64,000 nucleotides of DNA from Octopus bimaculoides (GCF_001194135.2 NC_068994.1:29104342-29168341), one strand, 5' to 3'. Counted from the first letter of the stretch, positions 36,505-48,683 are shown. Numbers and translations: made by a program. Notes: generated from the letters alone by a model not told the origin.

Positions 36505-38612
36505 TTATATATATATATAATAATTTCATATACACAATTTAGAAAAGAGTTATTAATAGTTTCATGCTGTTGAGATACAATAATTTGACAGATTTATGTA
36601 ACATGCTGAATTATTATATCTTTACAGTATGAAACTATATGTAGCTATTTTTAAAATTGTGAATATTAAATGATATTTATCTCTCACTGGATAGAGTACA
36701 TTTTTTGTTGATCTTACCCAAAATGTAACAGTAGTACTGATTATATAGTGTATTCTTATACACTGTTTAGTGTATTTTCATACATACATACATGAATATA
36801 TATATATATATATAAATATATATATAATGATACTCACACACACATGCAAGCATATGTTCTTTTACACACACACACGAATATATGTACATATTTAACTTTA
36901 ATATAACATCATCATCATCATCATTATCATCATCATAAGCAAAGATGTTTCTCTTTATTATTACATCCCCTTCTTTCTGCCTTATCATGCTGGTATGATT
37001 TGGACATGTATGACCAAATGACATGTGCCAAAACCTAACATCATTTGTCTCCATGAAGCTCCACGTTGTGAAGCACGTTGAAATCATTTTCAAAATTTTC
37101 TCCGCTTTAGTATAGAATATTCCTATGAGCACATACATACATATAATCAAATATATATACATCCTTAACCTAGTTATGAAAGCATTTATAGCACATCCTC
37201 AGCATAGCTAGAACACAATTTGAAGACTGGCTTTTCTCTTCATCACCAAAAAATATTTCAGCCTCCAACAATTGCTGACACTTTACAAAGCTCAAGTGAG
37301 ACCTGCAATGGAGTATTACTCCCATGTCTGAAACAGTGCTGCTGCTACACTAACAGACACCTTAGACTACACACATAAACATCTTAGAAGTGGGCCACAG
37401 GACTGATTGGCATAAAATTACTCAGACATATTCCAGTTACTCTGCCTTTTCTATTACTACTGGTTTTGTTCCTGCTCCACTCAGGCACTCTAGACCCATT
37501 CATCTCTCCACTTTTCTCCCACTCTTGTTGTGTCGAATTCTCCAGGACCCATGCTAATCACTATACTTAGTCCTTCTTCCCTACAACATAGCCCTTCTAG
37601 AATCTCTCCTCCCTACTCATGTTTTTCCTGTAGGTGTTGTTGTGCAGTAGTTTGCATGGAACATTACCTGCATAAATTTCACCAGTTTCAGAGGGCTTGT
37701 CCCTCTCTTCCAGATCCATCAAGTACAAAAAATGCATACACACACACACACACACACATAAATCATAAATGCACACAAACATATATACACACACATAAAC
37801 ATATATACATACACATAAACACATGCACATATTCATGAAAATGTACCATGGATGTTAACTTGAAAGTTCCTTCCCTGATACATTCCATTCTCTTGATACA
37901 AAATAGTGCCAGTGGTAGGATATGATGGTTCTGTGGTTGGCAATCCCAAAACATGCTGTGTCTTCTCATTTTGTCTTTTCTACAATTACAATAACCTCTA
38001 CTCTTTGAAGCTGGTTGGTCTTACACCACATCTCCTCTCAGGCACTACTGAGGTTCTCATCTCTTCTCCTTTTGTCACCTATATTGAGTGAGTAAGTGTG
38101 TGTGTGCATGTGTCCTCATTCCTGGTCCCACACTAATCCCTGCCATTTAATCCTTCTTCCCTAGAATTCCCTCCCTGCAGTTATCAACTTGCACTTGTTC
38201 AAGAGGAATATCAATTACATTATTCTTGGCAGTCTTGGAGGCCTTGTCGAAGACCAAGAGCACAGACCCTTCTTTCATAACAAACGATTAGACATATAAA
38301 GTTACCCTCTCTATTTGGTCATTGAGTTCTCCACATACATGTATGCATACACACACATAATCACTAACCAGCTGGTATTATTTCATTTCTAGAATATTCT
38401 ATTAATCTGTAACAGAAAGGTAACAATCACACGTACTGTAATGAACAGCCATAATGATGTTGATGACAAGAATGACAATGATGGTGTTGTTGATGATATT
38501 GATGGCAATGATGATGATGATGAAGCAATAAAACTTCAAACCAATGTCTTTGCAGAATAAACTGCTACACTTTATTTCAGAAATGCTATTTGAACATGTT
38601 GCAATTGTTGTG

Positions 38613-40922
38613 TTAATCAGCTGTAGTTTTTTGTACTTGCTTGCCACCACTACTAGTACCACCACCGCCACCGCCACCGCCACCGCTACCACNNNNNNNN
38701 NNNNNNNNNNNNNNNNNNNNNNNNNNNNNNNNNNNNNNNNNNNNNNNNNNNNNNNNNNNNNNNNNNNNNNNNNNNNNNNNNNNNNNNNNNNNNNNNNNNN
38801 NNNNNNNNNNNNNNNNNNCACCACCACCACCACCACCACCACCACCACTGCTATCTCCACCAAATTGTGAAGCCGAAGAACCAGGTGAATTGGTCCAATC
38901 TCCACCAGAACCTGTTAAGTGTGGGATTGAAAATGGTCTTGACCAGAAATAATTGCTATCCCAAGTTTGTGGCATCTGGGACAAGTAGGAAGAGTTCACC
39001 CATGGAGATCCAATAGCAGGTGGTTGGAGACAAAGGGCTGAAGTAGAGGAAAGTGGCTGATTTGATGGGAAGTTCTCTTGGCGCTCCTTGTGGGAATTTT
39101 TAGCTTTTGACTGTTTTGATTGTCCATTGGATATCATTGTCTGTTGGAGGGAATTTCTGCGCATGTCAGTTGCTGATGATAGATTAAGACAGTTCTGTGA
39201 TACATTAGAACTATTAGAGTCTGAGAATGGCATTTCATAATTGTGGTGAGTGCGTAAATGATTTTTCAGATTAGCCTTTTGTGCAAAAGACTTTTCACAA
39301 AATTGACAATGAAATGACTTTTGACCTGAATGTGTTCGTCTGTGGTTATCTAAGTTAGCTCTCTGTGAGAATGACTTTGAACACAACTCACATGAGAAAG
39401 GCTTTTCTCCAGTGTGTGTTCGACGGTGGCTGTCTAAATTTGCTCTTTGGGGGAAGGATTTATCACATAAATCACACTTGAATGGACGTTCTCCTGTATG
39501 TGTACGCCTGTGACTGTCCAAGTTTGCTCTCTGACAGAAAGATTTTGGGCAGAATTCACAACTGTATGGTCTTTCACCAGAATGAGTCCTCATGTGAATT
39601 TTTAGATTTCCTTGCTGAGCAAAGCTTTTCCTGCAAACTATACAGACATATGGTTTTAAACCTGTGTGTGTACGTTCATGATTTTTGAGGTCTGTTTGTT
39701 GAGAAAATCCTCGAGTGCAGAACTGACAAACAAATGGTTTTTCTCCCGTATGAGTTCTTATATGATTTTTAAGATTGATATTTAGTGTGAAGCTTTTACT
39801 GCACTCTGGACATTGAAACAGTTTCTCTCCAGTATGAATTCGGCGATGACTGTCGAGATTTGCTTTCTGGCAAAAAGACTTACTGCACAAATCGCAGCTG
39901 TATGGTTTTTCACCAGAGTGAGTTCGGAAATGCACTTTCAGATTTCCTTGCTGAGCAAATGACTTGCAGCACACAGTACAAATGTAAGGTTTTTGACCTG
40001 TGTGAGTTCGTTCATGATTCTTCAAGTCTGTTTGTTGTGCAAATGCTTTAGGGCAGTAGGTACAAACATATGGCCGTTCACCACTGTGTATACGATAATG
40101 TGTTTTCAAATTGATTTGCTGTGAAAAAGCTTTGCTGCATATATTGCACTCATACAGTTTCTCCCCAGTATGGATGCGTTCATGATTCTTCAGGTTTGTC
40201 TGTTGCGTAAATGACTTGGAACACGTAGTGCAAGCATAAGGCTTCACACCTGTATGGGTGCGAATGTGACTATCCAGATTTGCTCTCTGTGAAAAGCATT
40301 TGTCACAGAATTCACAATGGAAAGGCCGCTCACCAGTGTGGGTGCGTCGGTGATTGTCAAAATTTGCCCGTTGGGCAAAGGTTTTATTACAGAATTCACA
40401 GCTATATGGTTTCTCACCACTGTGTGTCATCTGATGAGTTTTTAGGTGAGCCCGCTGTGAAAATGCCTTACTGCAGTGGCCACAATAAAAATGCTTTTCA
40501 TCAGCTGGTGCCCGTTCATGATTGTCAAGATTAGTTCTGCGTGCAAAGCCCTTACGGCAGATTTCGCACTTGTAAGGTTTCTGTGAGGTTGCGTTTATAG
40601 AGATTCCTGCAGATGGAATATTATTACCGGTGCTAGGCATGCCATTATTGTTACTGTTGTTGTTGTTGTTGTTATTGTTGTTGTTGTTGTTGTTGTTGCA
40701 GCTGTTGCTGTTATTGTTGTTGTTGATTTGTCCAGGCTGGTTAAGTTTGGCAGGTTTTTGGCTGTATAACCCACTTGCAGCAACATGTGGGTCTCTTGAG
40801 AGGAATACTTTATTGCATAGATCATAACTGAACTGGTTTCCTAAGGCATACATAGACTGGAGAGAATACATGAGCTTGGAATATTCAGAACTTGAACAGT
40901 TCTCCAGTGTGTACTTCATCAT
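38613..40922 (-). CDS. Tandem C2H2 zinc-finger protein (16 fingers, the first lacking its second His), with N-terminal poly-Asn and C-terminal Ser/Gly-rich region
   Basis: 769-aa ORF with CxxC-x3-F-x5-L-x2-H-x3-H units and TGEKP/SGERP linkers from 40574 to 39246. The frame stays open upstream to 40985. A 126-N gap (38693-38818) inside the poly-Gly tract makes the C-terminal length and frame uncertain. Confidence 0.93.
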   Translation of the reverse strand: MMKYTLENCSSSEYSKLMYSLQSMYALGNQFSYDLCNKVFLSRDPHVAASGLYSQKPAKLNQPGQINNNNNSNSCNNNNNNNNNNNNNNSNNNGMPSTGNNIPSAGISINATSQKPYKCEICRKGFARRTNLDNHERAPADEKHFYCGHCSKAFSQRAHLKTHQMTHSGEKPYSCEFCNKTFAQRANFDNHRRTHTGERPFHCEFCDKCFSQRANLDSHIRTHTGVKPYACTTCSKSFTQQTNLKNHERIHTGEKLYECNICSKAFSQQINLKTHYRIHSGERPYVCTYCPKAFAQQTDLKNHERTHTGQKPYICTVCCKSFAQQGNLKVHFRTHSGEKPYSCDLCSKSFCQKANLDSHRRIHTGEKLFQCPECSKSFTLNINLKNHIRTHTGEKPFVCQFCTRGFSQQTDLKNHERTHTGLKPYVCIVCRKSFAQQGNLKIHMRTHSGERPYSCEFCPKSFCQRANLDSHRRTHTGERPFKCDLCDKSFPQRANLDSHRRTHTGEKPFSCELCSKSFSQRANLDNHRRTHSGQKSFHCQFCEKSFAQKANLKNHLRTHHNYEMPFSDSNSSNVSQNCLNLSSATDMRRNSLQQTMISNGQSKQSKAKNSHKERQENFPSNQPLSSTSALCLQPPAIGSPWVNSSYLSQMPQTWDSNYFWSRPFSIPHLTGSGGDWTNSPGSSASQFGGDSSGGGGGGGGGXXXXXXXXXXXXXXXXXXXXXXXXXXXXXXXXXXXXXXXXXXXGSGGGGGGGGGTSSGGKQVQKTTAD

Positions 40923-40990
40923 GATGTTGTTGTTGTTACTATTGTTGTTTAGCTCTAGGTCAGCCCTAAATAAGTTGACCTCTGATCAAA
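40923..40990 (-). repeat. Remnant of repeat family D with (CAA)n tail abutting the ZNF ATG
   Basis: Minus tttgatcagaggtcaacttatttagggctgacctagagctaaacaac aligns by eye to tttgaacataggtctactcgatcagggttgacctgggggtcacacaac at about 5402-5449. Confidence 0.55.
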
Positions 40991-42119
40991 AGTTTTCAAG
41001 ATGTGTCCACGCTGTTTTGTTTTCAGCAATAATGTATCAAGGGCTACATTATTCAATATGCTCTTTGTTTTTGTTTTTTAAGGTGTGATTTGTAAGTGAT
41101 ATGGCTGCTATTTTGACTCCATAGACGCTCCCTCATTCTTCAATTATGTGTAAGAATAATCAAAACATTCCTTACGAAGTCACATCTCTGGGTCATAAGG
41201 TCCCTTCATTGCTCTGTAGCAGTTTGTTAAGCATTTTATTCAAGAGATAATGAAGAAAGACATCTTTAAAAATCAGTTGTTAATGACTGAAAAATTATTG
41301 ATGGTAGACCATCAATAATAGTGTAGGGTTAAAAACCAAAGAAGATTCACCATTGATGAAGGTAAAAGCATGGGAGGAGTTCTGAAGCTGAGTAACATTA
41401 ATGAATAATAAACAAAGAAGACAAACAGGAAAACTTCATGAAAGATAGTTAGAGTCTGTTCCAGGCTAAAGTGGTTGGAGGTTAAATAAAAATTTCTCTC
41501 TATGTAGTCATACAGCTGTGTTTGTGTCTGAAACAAAAGAAACAACAGGTTATTAAGTGGAATTACTGAAACATTAATTCTACAAGGAGACATTGATATC
41601 AGTAAGTTACTTTGCACATTAGGTAAGGCATGTATATGGTTTTGAAGAATCCACTAGAAATAGCAGCCAAAACTCTCTCAAATCACACCCAACTGTCTTA
41701 AATAAGAGTAAGATCACATTAAATAACATAATACTGGATACCTTTAAAAATCAGGATAGTCTTTGGGTTAAACATCAACAGCAACAACATTGGGTGTATA
41801 TAACCTATGATAATTACAGTGTTGGATATGAATTTTATAGACACCAATAACTTATTTGTTTACATATTTATTATATATCATGATTTATGAACAATAATGT
41901 TATTTGTTAGAGATTTCTAACAGATCAATCAATGATTGATTGTATTTATGATGGCAAGAATGACATGGGAGTTCTTGTGAAACATAATGTAGAACAATCT
42001 CTGCAGGATATCTGAGAGCAAAAGCAAAAGTACCAGTTTATTGGTTTTCTTGCTGATGTGTATATCATTTGATGATGTACATAAAGAGCGATATATACGT
42101 ATGCAAGACATATGCATGA

Positions 42120-42150
<31 letters not shown>

Positions 42151-42329
42151 TGTATGTATGCATGTATGTACACACACACACATCATCTAATATACACAAT
42201 TTACAAAAGAGCTACTAATAGTTTCATGCTGTAGAGATACAATAATTTGGACAGATTTACATGACATGCCACATATCTGCAATCTTTCAGGTTCAGTGCA
42301 TATCATTAGATGTATTTAAAAATCAGGAC

Positions 42330-43240
42330 TCAAAGAGATCTCAAAGTAAACTTAGCAAAGGCTAAGGTTTTAGTAAATCAGAAACAAGACAGGATCTTGT
42401 TACCATCATGGAAATGGCCATGTTTGATAGGTAGAAAAGGAATACCTAGAAATTCCATACAGTGTGCTCTGTGGAAACTATGATTGTGCAAAAAGATTTC
42501 ATATGTGGCAATTGCACAGGAGCAGTAAACAGCAAGAGTACGTAAAATGGATTCTTTCAAATGTCTTGAGAAGTAGTAGATGTCTGGGAAGTAGTTAAAA
42601 ATGAACAACAAAACGTTTGGGGAGCTTTAATCCTCGTCGGTAACAAAGGTCTTCTTTCACAGAGTAATTTTGTGTATTGTATGAGGCTTGTGTACTAAGT
42701 GCAATGCTGTATGGTAGAGGCCTAGAATGAAAGGTATCTACAGAGATCACAAACAAATGAAATATGTTCTGCTGGATATGTAAATTTAGTATGCATGAAT
42801 GATGAAGCACAAATGAAGTGAGAGGAAAACTATTATATTTACTCACATATGAATCTCCTACTTAATTAGGGTTAAATTTTGGTATAAAATTTTTTCCTCC
42901 ATAGTTTTAGCCTTGCCCTGTGTATAAGTTGCACACCAGATTTTCCAGTTAAAATCAAGTATAAAATAGTGTAACTTATACACAAGTAACTATAGTAGGT
43001 ATAAGAGGAATGAGTTACAGTGTGCAAGAGAGAAGACTGATGCTATAGTTATGTGACATATATGGGGTATGTCTATAGTATAATAGAAGTGCTGAATACT
43101 CAAAGTGGGAGGAACTTGTGAAAGAGGAAGATGTGAGAAAAAGTAGTGAAGTCTGATTTCAACAAGCAGAACATTGTGAAGGAGATGACAAAAGACTGTG
43201 ATGATTGATGAGATGTGATTGGTGACACATAATGCTGGAG
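42330..43240 (+). mobile_element. RTE-type LINE 3' half, heavily decayed
   Basis: Broken frames: LKVNLAKAKVLV, a Cys-rich WPC...RKG..RNSIQC segment, LLVTKGLLSQ-like and LYEACV..AMLYG, then VQERRL...RGR-like...VVKSDF...EMTKD. Confidence 0.65.
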
Positions 43241-44152
43241 AAAACCTACCCATTTGTACAAATATATTGGAATAAATGTTAAAATAGTAATAGTAATGGA
43301 TGTGAGGATGTATTATTTAACACTGGGTCTCTCACTTAAATTTCCATCTGCTGTTTCCTCCCCTTCAATACCTTCTCAAGTTGCACTTAATCCTCTCTCC
43401 TGATGAGGGACAGCAATGGATCTGATTCCCTTCTCTCCCATCATTATATCTGTGTAACAGGGGACTGTACTAGATCTAACTTTATTCAATACACCCTATC
43501 ACTACCATCCTGCCAGCCAACACACCCTAACCAGTGTTCCTTTTCCACCATCAGTCACTTTTTCTTATTATTGCCCATTCTCTGTTGATATACATTATTC
43601 TCTCTCTCTCTCTCTCTCTTATCAGGAAACATGCAACTGCCATCACTATTTCTCTTCCATTACTCCCTCCCCTACAACCCTCTCATGTGAATCACACTGC
43701 CTTTCTCTTATCATATTCTTTCACCATCTGTGTCGGTTTTTCTGTCATCACTCTTTCTTTGATTCACTCTCTTGGTCACACTGCTTCTTAATGAACAGAC
43801 AGAAGAGAACGTAAAGTTGGAAGAACTCCTTAGTCTTGTTTGGTACAAGACAACTTCACTAGTGCTGGTGCTGTGATAAAATGCAGTTGTACATTCTGTA
43901 AAGTGAGTGATAAATGAGCAAAGATAACAAATTCTTGATCTCTTGAAGACATGACAACCTCTCTAGCGCTTGTGCTTAGGTAAAATGAACTGAGTACATT
44001 CTGAAAAGTAGTGGGTTCTAGGGAAGGAATTTAACCATAGAATTCTTCCTAAAATGGAATGTATAAGTGAGACATGATCACCTGACCTATATTGGACTGT
44101 TACAACCCATCATACCCAAGTCAGAATGAAAAGAAGATATAAAATATGATGT

Positions 44153-44189
<37 letters not shown>

Positions 44190-45839
44190 AATGACAGTAG
44201 CATTGGCAGTGATGATGATGGTTGTGGTGGTGGTGATGATGATGATGATGATGATGGTGGTGATGTTGATAGTGATGATGGTGACAGAAATATGTTCATG
44301 GCAGTTGAAACACAAAAATGAAGAAATGACAAATGCGCAATTATTGGCAGAGAGGGAGAGATTGAGAGAGAAGAGAGATTGAGAGAGAGAGAAAGAGCAG
44401 AGTTAATCCTTTAGCATTTAAACCAGCCATATCTGGTCCAAATATTCTACCTCTTTTATGTTCAAAGTAGCCAGATCCAGCTTCTCACACCTACCCTACA
44501 ATGTCATTATAAAAATATACAATTACATCATCAAAATCTCGAAGCTACAAGATAAAGCACATTTAATTCAGAACAATGTGAATACATAGACATTACATTT
44601 GACAGAGTAATCTGAATGCTGAAGAGTTAAATGTCTCAATTGTTATGTGGAAGACAGGTGACTGAACCAGTCTGAACAGATGATACAAATAAATGATAAT
44701 CAGTAAAAATTGCCACACACTGACAGCAAAAATTTCCCAAACTGAACAAACTATAGCTACATATTTTTCTATGATTAACCCATTTTAGAACAACCAACCT
44801 GAGACCAGCACCTCTAATTCTTTGATACAAAACCTGTGTGGTTAGGAAGCTTGCTTCTCAAATCCAGGGTTTCAAGTTCAGTCCCACTGTGTGACACCTT
44901 GGGTGAGTGTCTTCTGCTTTAGCCTCAGGCTGACCAAAGCCTTGTGACTGAATTTGGTAGGCAGAAGTTTCCATTGTGTGTATAGATGTGTGTGAAAGTG
45001 CATGTACCTCCTAAAGCTTTTGTAAGTTAGTTAAATTAAAAGAAAACAACCACTGACTTTGATGGTTCAATGTTGTTTTCAATGATGAAGATCCTGATGT
45101 TTAATCAACAGGCCTATCTGCTCATTAAAGTCACTCATCATTATCATCATCATCATCATCATTTAAGATCTGTTGTCCATGCTGGCATGGGTTGCTGGCA
45201 AGCTGGAGAGCTACACCAGGCTCCAGTCTGATTTGGCTTGATTTCTATGGCTGGATGCCCTTCCTAACACCAACCACTTTACAAAGTATGCAGGGTATTC
45301 TTAAATAAAAATACCCTTAAAATAATTCTCAGGTACCATCAGCATAACAATGAATGACAAAGCTGTACTTTTGGAATTACAGGTACAACTCGTCTTCTTT
45401 AAAGAGCAAGAGACAGGAATGAGAAATGTTGGACTTTCCATCCCTCACTGCAATCAAATATATTGATGTTTTACCACTGTTTAACATAATTCCCCGTTGC
45501 AAAGTGTGTGGGATGATGAAGGAGTGTGGAGAATGAATGAATAAGAGGACTGAATGAATAAGAGGAATGAAAGAGTGTGGGGAATGAAGTAATGTGGTCA
45601 GTTAGTCAGAGAGACAAATCTAATCCTAGATTACACTATGTCTGAAAAGTGAAAGGATGGTCACTGCTAAAATGCATTTGATCACAAGTTTGCTTAATCA
45701 GGACGAAACAATAACAACATGAAACTATATAATAACTTTATAAAAAACCTTGTTATTATAAAGTAAGGTTTAAATATCTGAGATGAGATTATTTTTTGGA
45801 CTAACTTCCTCATTAAGGATCCACAAAAATTCAAAAGCA

Positions 45840-46110
45840 TTTGAAGCTCTGGAGGTCACCTCCTTCAAGGCAGACCTGTCTTGATCTATATCCTCTTGTG
45901 TGTTTGGGGTTGATTGTGCTATCTATTCAAAGCTGCTTTCAGAGCATCTCTGAAGCTCTAATATGGTGCACCAACACTACACCCACCATCTGCAGGTGCA
46001 GAAAAGAAGACTGCCCCTGGCAATCTACATCTAGAATTCTGACATCCAGCCCAGGGCAGTTGGATTTGGTTTAGTTAAACAAACAAACTGAGGACCTTGT
46101 CATTCTTAAG
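45840..46110 (-). mobile_element. RTE LINE C-terminal fragment
   Basis: Minus translation GCSVGAPY*SFRDALKAALNR resembles the RTE motif 'RSVGAPRKRFKDSLK'. Confidence 0.55.
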
Positions 46111-46334
46111 ACTGCACAAATAGATGATCAAGCATGCAATCATGCATATATACATACACACACAAATATATATATATATATACATGTGATGAGTATAGAG
46201 GGATAAATTATCCAGGTGGGTAACATAAGAGCTCTCAGCTATAGTCCAGGTTACAGCTAACTACATCAAGAAGTAAGAAGCACCAAGTCTCCGTATTATT
46301 TGTAATTGTTTTGGATTATATACATTTATATATA

Positions 46335-46760
46335 TCTTTTATCTTTCACTTGTTTCAATCATTTGACTATAGCTATGATGGAGCACTGCCTTTGAACAAT
46401 TTTTAGTTGAGTAAATTGACCCTGGTATTTAATTTTTTTAAGCCTGTTACTTATTGTATCATTCTCTTTTGCCAAACCACTAAGTGACGGGGATGTAAAC
46501 ACACCAACAATGGTTGTCAAACAATACTGAGGGACAAACACAGGCACAAAGATACACATATATACATACATACACACGATATATACACACACACATACAT
46601 ATGATGAACTTCTTTCAGTTTCTGTCTACCTAATCCACCCACAAGGCTTTGGCCTAAGGCTATAATAAAAAGACACTTGCCCAAGGTACCATGCAGTGGG
46701 ACTGAACCTGGAATCATGTAGTTTGGAAGCAAATTTCTTGTCACAGTTATGCCTGTGCCT
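46335..46760 (-). mobile_element. SINE family A, CpG-decayed
   Basis: Collinear with family A. A second decayed copy lies at about 47235-47610. Confidence 0.8.
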
Positions 46761-46763
46761 ATA

Positions 46764-46800
<37 letters not shown>

Positions 46801-47679
46801 CATGTGTGCACACACATATATACTTACATACTACATACATTGTTTCTTCACCTTTGAAATAAGTGAACATACATGCAAACATACATATATATCTATACAT
46901 ACACACACTAACATACATACACACATAATACAATTAATCTGTGAAAAAAGATTAAGTGGAAGAATTTGTTACATTTTGAAACAGACTTATTTTTGAGATC
47001 CTTAATTTTCAACATGTCCCCTCTCATTGCACATAGAGACAATGATGTGATTACGAAGTCCTAGAAACATGTTTTGTAGCTGATTTTAACTTATAACTTG
47101 AATCATATTAGATGTCCTAGCTTGAAAGAAATCATTAGAATGAAGTTTTCTTGAATAACCAGTCAGCATTACATGACTCTCATAAAATTAAGCTGAAGTA
47201 ATTATGTTTAAAATAAAATCAACAAATGCTATCTTTTTACTTTTACTTGTTTTAATCATTCGATAGTGACCATGCTGGTGCATCACCTTGAAGAGCTTAG
47301 TTAAGCAAATCAACCTCAGTACTTATTTCTAAAGCTGGGTACTTATTTTATTGGTCATTTTTGTTGATCTGCTAGATAACAGGGACATAAACAAACTAAC
47401 ATCAGTCAAGTAGTGAGAATGAGTGACACACACACACACAGGCATGATGAGCTTACACACAAGTTTCTAACTTCCAAAAATCACTCACAAAGCATTGGTT
47501 GGCTCATGTCTACTGTAGAAGACACTGGCCCAAGGTGCTGCATAGTGGGACTGAAGCCAAGATCACATGGTTGCTAAGTTAGCTTTTTAACCACAGAGCC
47601 ATGCTTGTAATAATTTTTTCAATGACAATGGTAAAATAGATGCATCAAGCTTTTAAATGTAGTTTACAAAATTACTTAC

Positions 47680-47807
47680 ATTCAGTTAGAGCATTACTGA
47701 CTAGTAATTGGTACTGAAGAAGAGGTGTAACAGAAACAGCAAAGACGTCCAATGTAAGTTGCCTTTGACCTATTAGTGAAGGGACTGAATAATGATATAG
47801 AATCCAT
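47680..47807 (-). other. Candidate upstream (probably 5' UTR) exon of the ZNF gene, 128 nt
   Basis: Acceptor tttcctttgtattttcacAG|ATG and donor GAAT|GTAAGTA. Unique, non-repeat sequence. Confidence 0.45.
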
Positions 47808-48107
47808 CTGTGAAAATACAAAGGAAATGAAAATAGGATAACTCAGTTGAGTACCAGTTTGTTTGGTATCTCACCATTAAGTTCTCAATTTTCTACTATT
47901 CTTTCTGTATCTTTATCTGTTCTGTTATTGATCCACCAATCTGTGAGTGAGAAGTAATCTTATTAGGGTTAGGAAATTCCTGGCTCTGTTTATGGTGATT
48001 TCTCAAGATTACTTTTCTATTTCTAGCTTTACTCTGCTGTGTTATACATATCTGCTCATCCATCTGTACAAAACATATTTCCTCTCTCTCTAAAGAAGTA
48101 GTATATT

Positions 48108-48320
48108 GGTTTGAAATTTTGGCACAAAGCCAGCAATTTTGGGGGAGAGATAAGTTGATTCCATTGACCCCAATGTTCAACTGATAATTATTTTATTGAC
48201 TCCAAAAGGATGAAAGGCAAAGTTAACTTAGGTGGAATTTGAACTCAGAATGTAAAGATGGACGAAATGCTGCTAAGCATTTTGCCCAGCATGCTAATAA
48301 TTCTTCCAGCCCATCACCTT
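48108..48320 (-). mobile_element. SINE family C, CpG-decayed
   Basis: Collinear with the 11711-11909 copy. Confidence 0.8.
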
Positions 48321-48588
48321 GAAGAAATTATATATTGAGCAACCATAACACCTCTAGATAATATTGAAAGGATTTAATAGAAAGCACCATCAAATGGAGC
48401 TTCCTTTAATATCTTCATTCATTTATGTCAAGGTACAAGGAAGTTTCCACTACTCTGTTGCAGTTCATCTGGAAACTCAAAAACCAGGGCTGACATGATC
48501 TCCAATGAAATGAAATATTATTCATAATGCCAAACTATATTTTTATAGGAACTGGAACTGCTTCATCGAAGTATTGTCCAAATGTTAC

Positions 48589-48683
48589 CATCAGGGATGG
48601 TTCCCCTTGAAAAACTGTCAAAGTTCGAAGATGTCTGAACACTGCATCCCATAGAAACCAGTTCCATTGGGAGCTTCAGCTTC
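48589..48683 (-). other. Candidate upstream exon of the ZNF gene, 95 nt
   Basis: Acceptor catcctttccatttccttccattAG|G and donor GATG|GTAACA. One frame is open (KLKLPMELVSMGCSVQTSSNFDSFSRGTIPD). Confidence 0.38.

Noticed and set aside
38544-38952. Overlapping plus-strand ORFs across the ZNF (poly-Pro/poly-Thr, also 40630-41088)
   Set aside because: These are antisense readings of trinucleotide repeats in the ZNF CDS.
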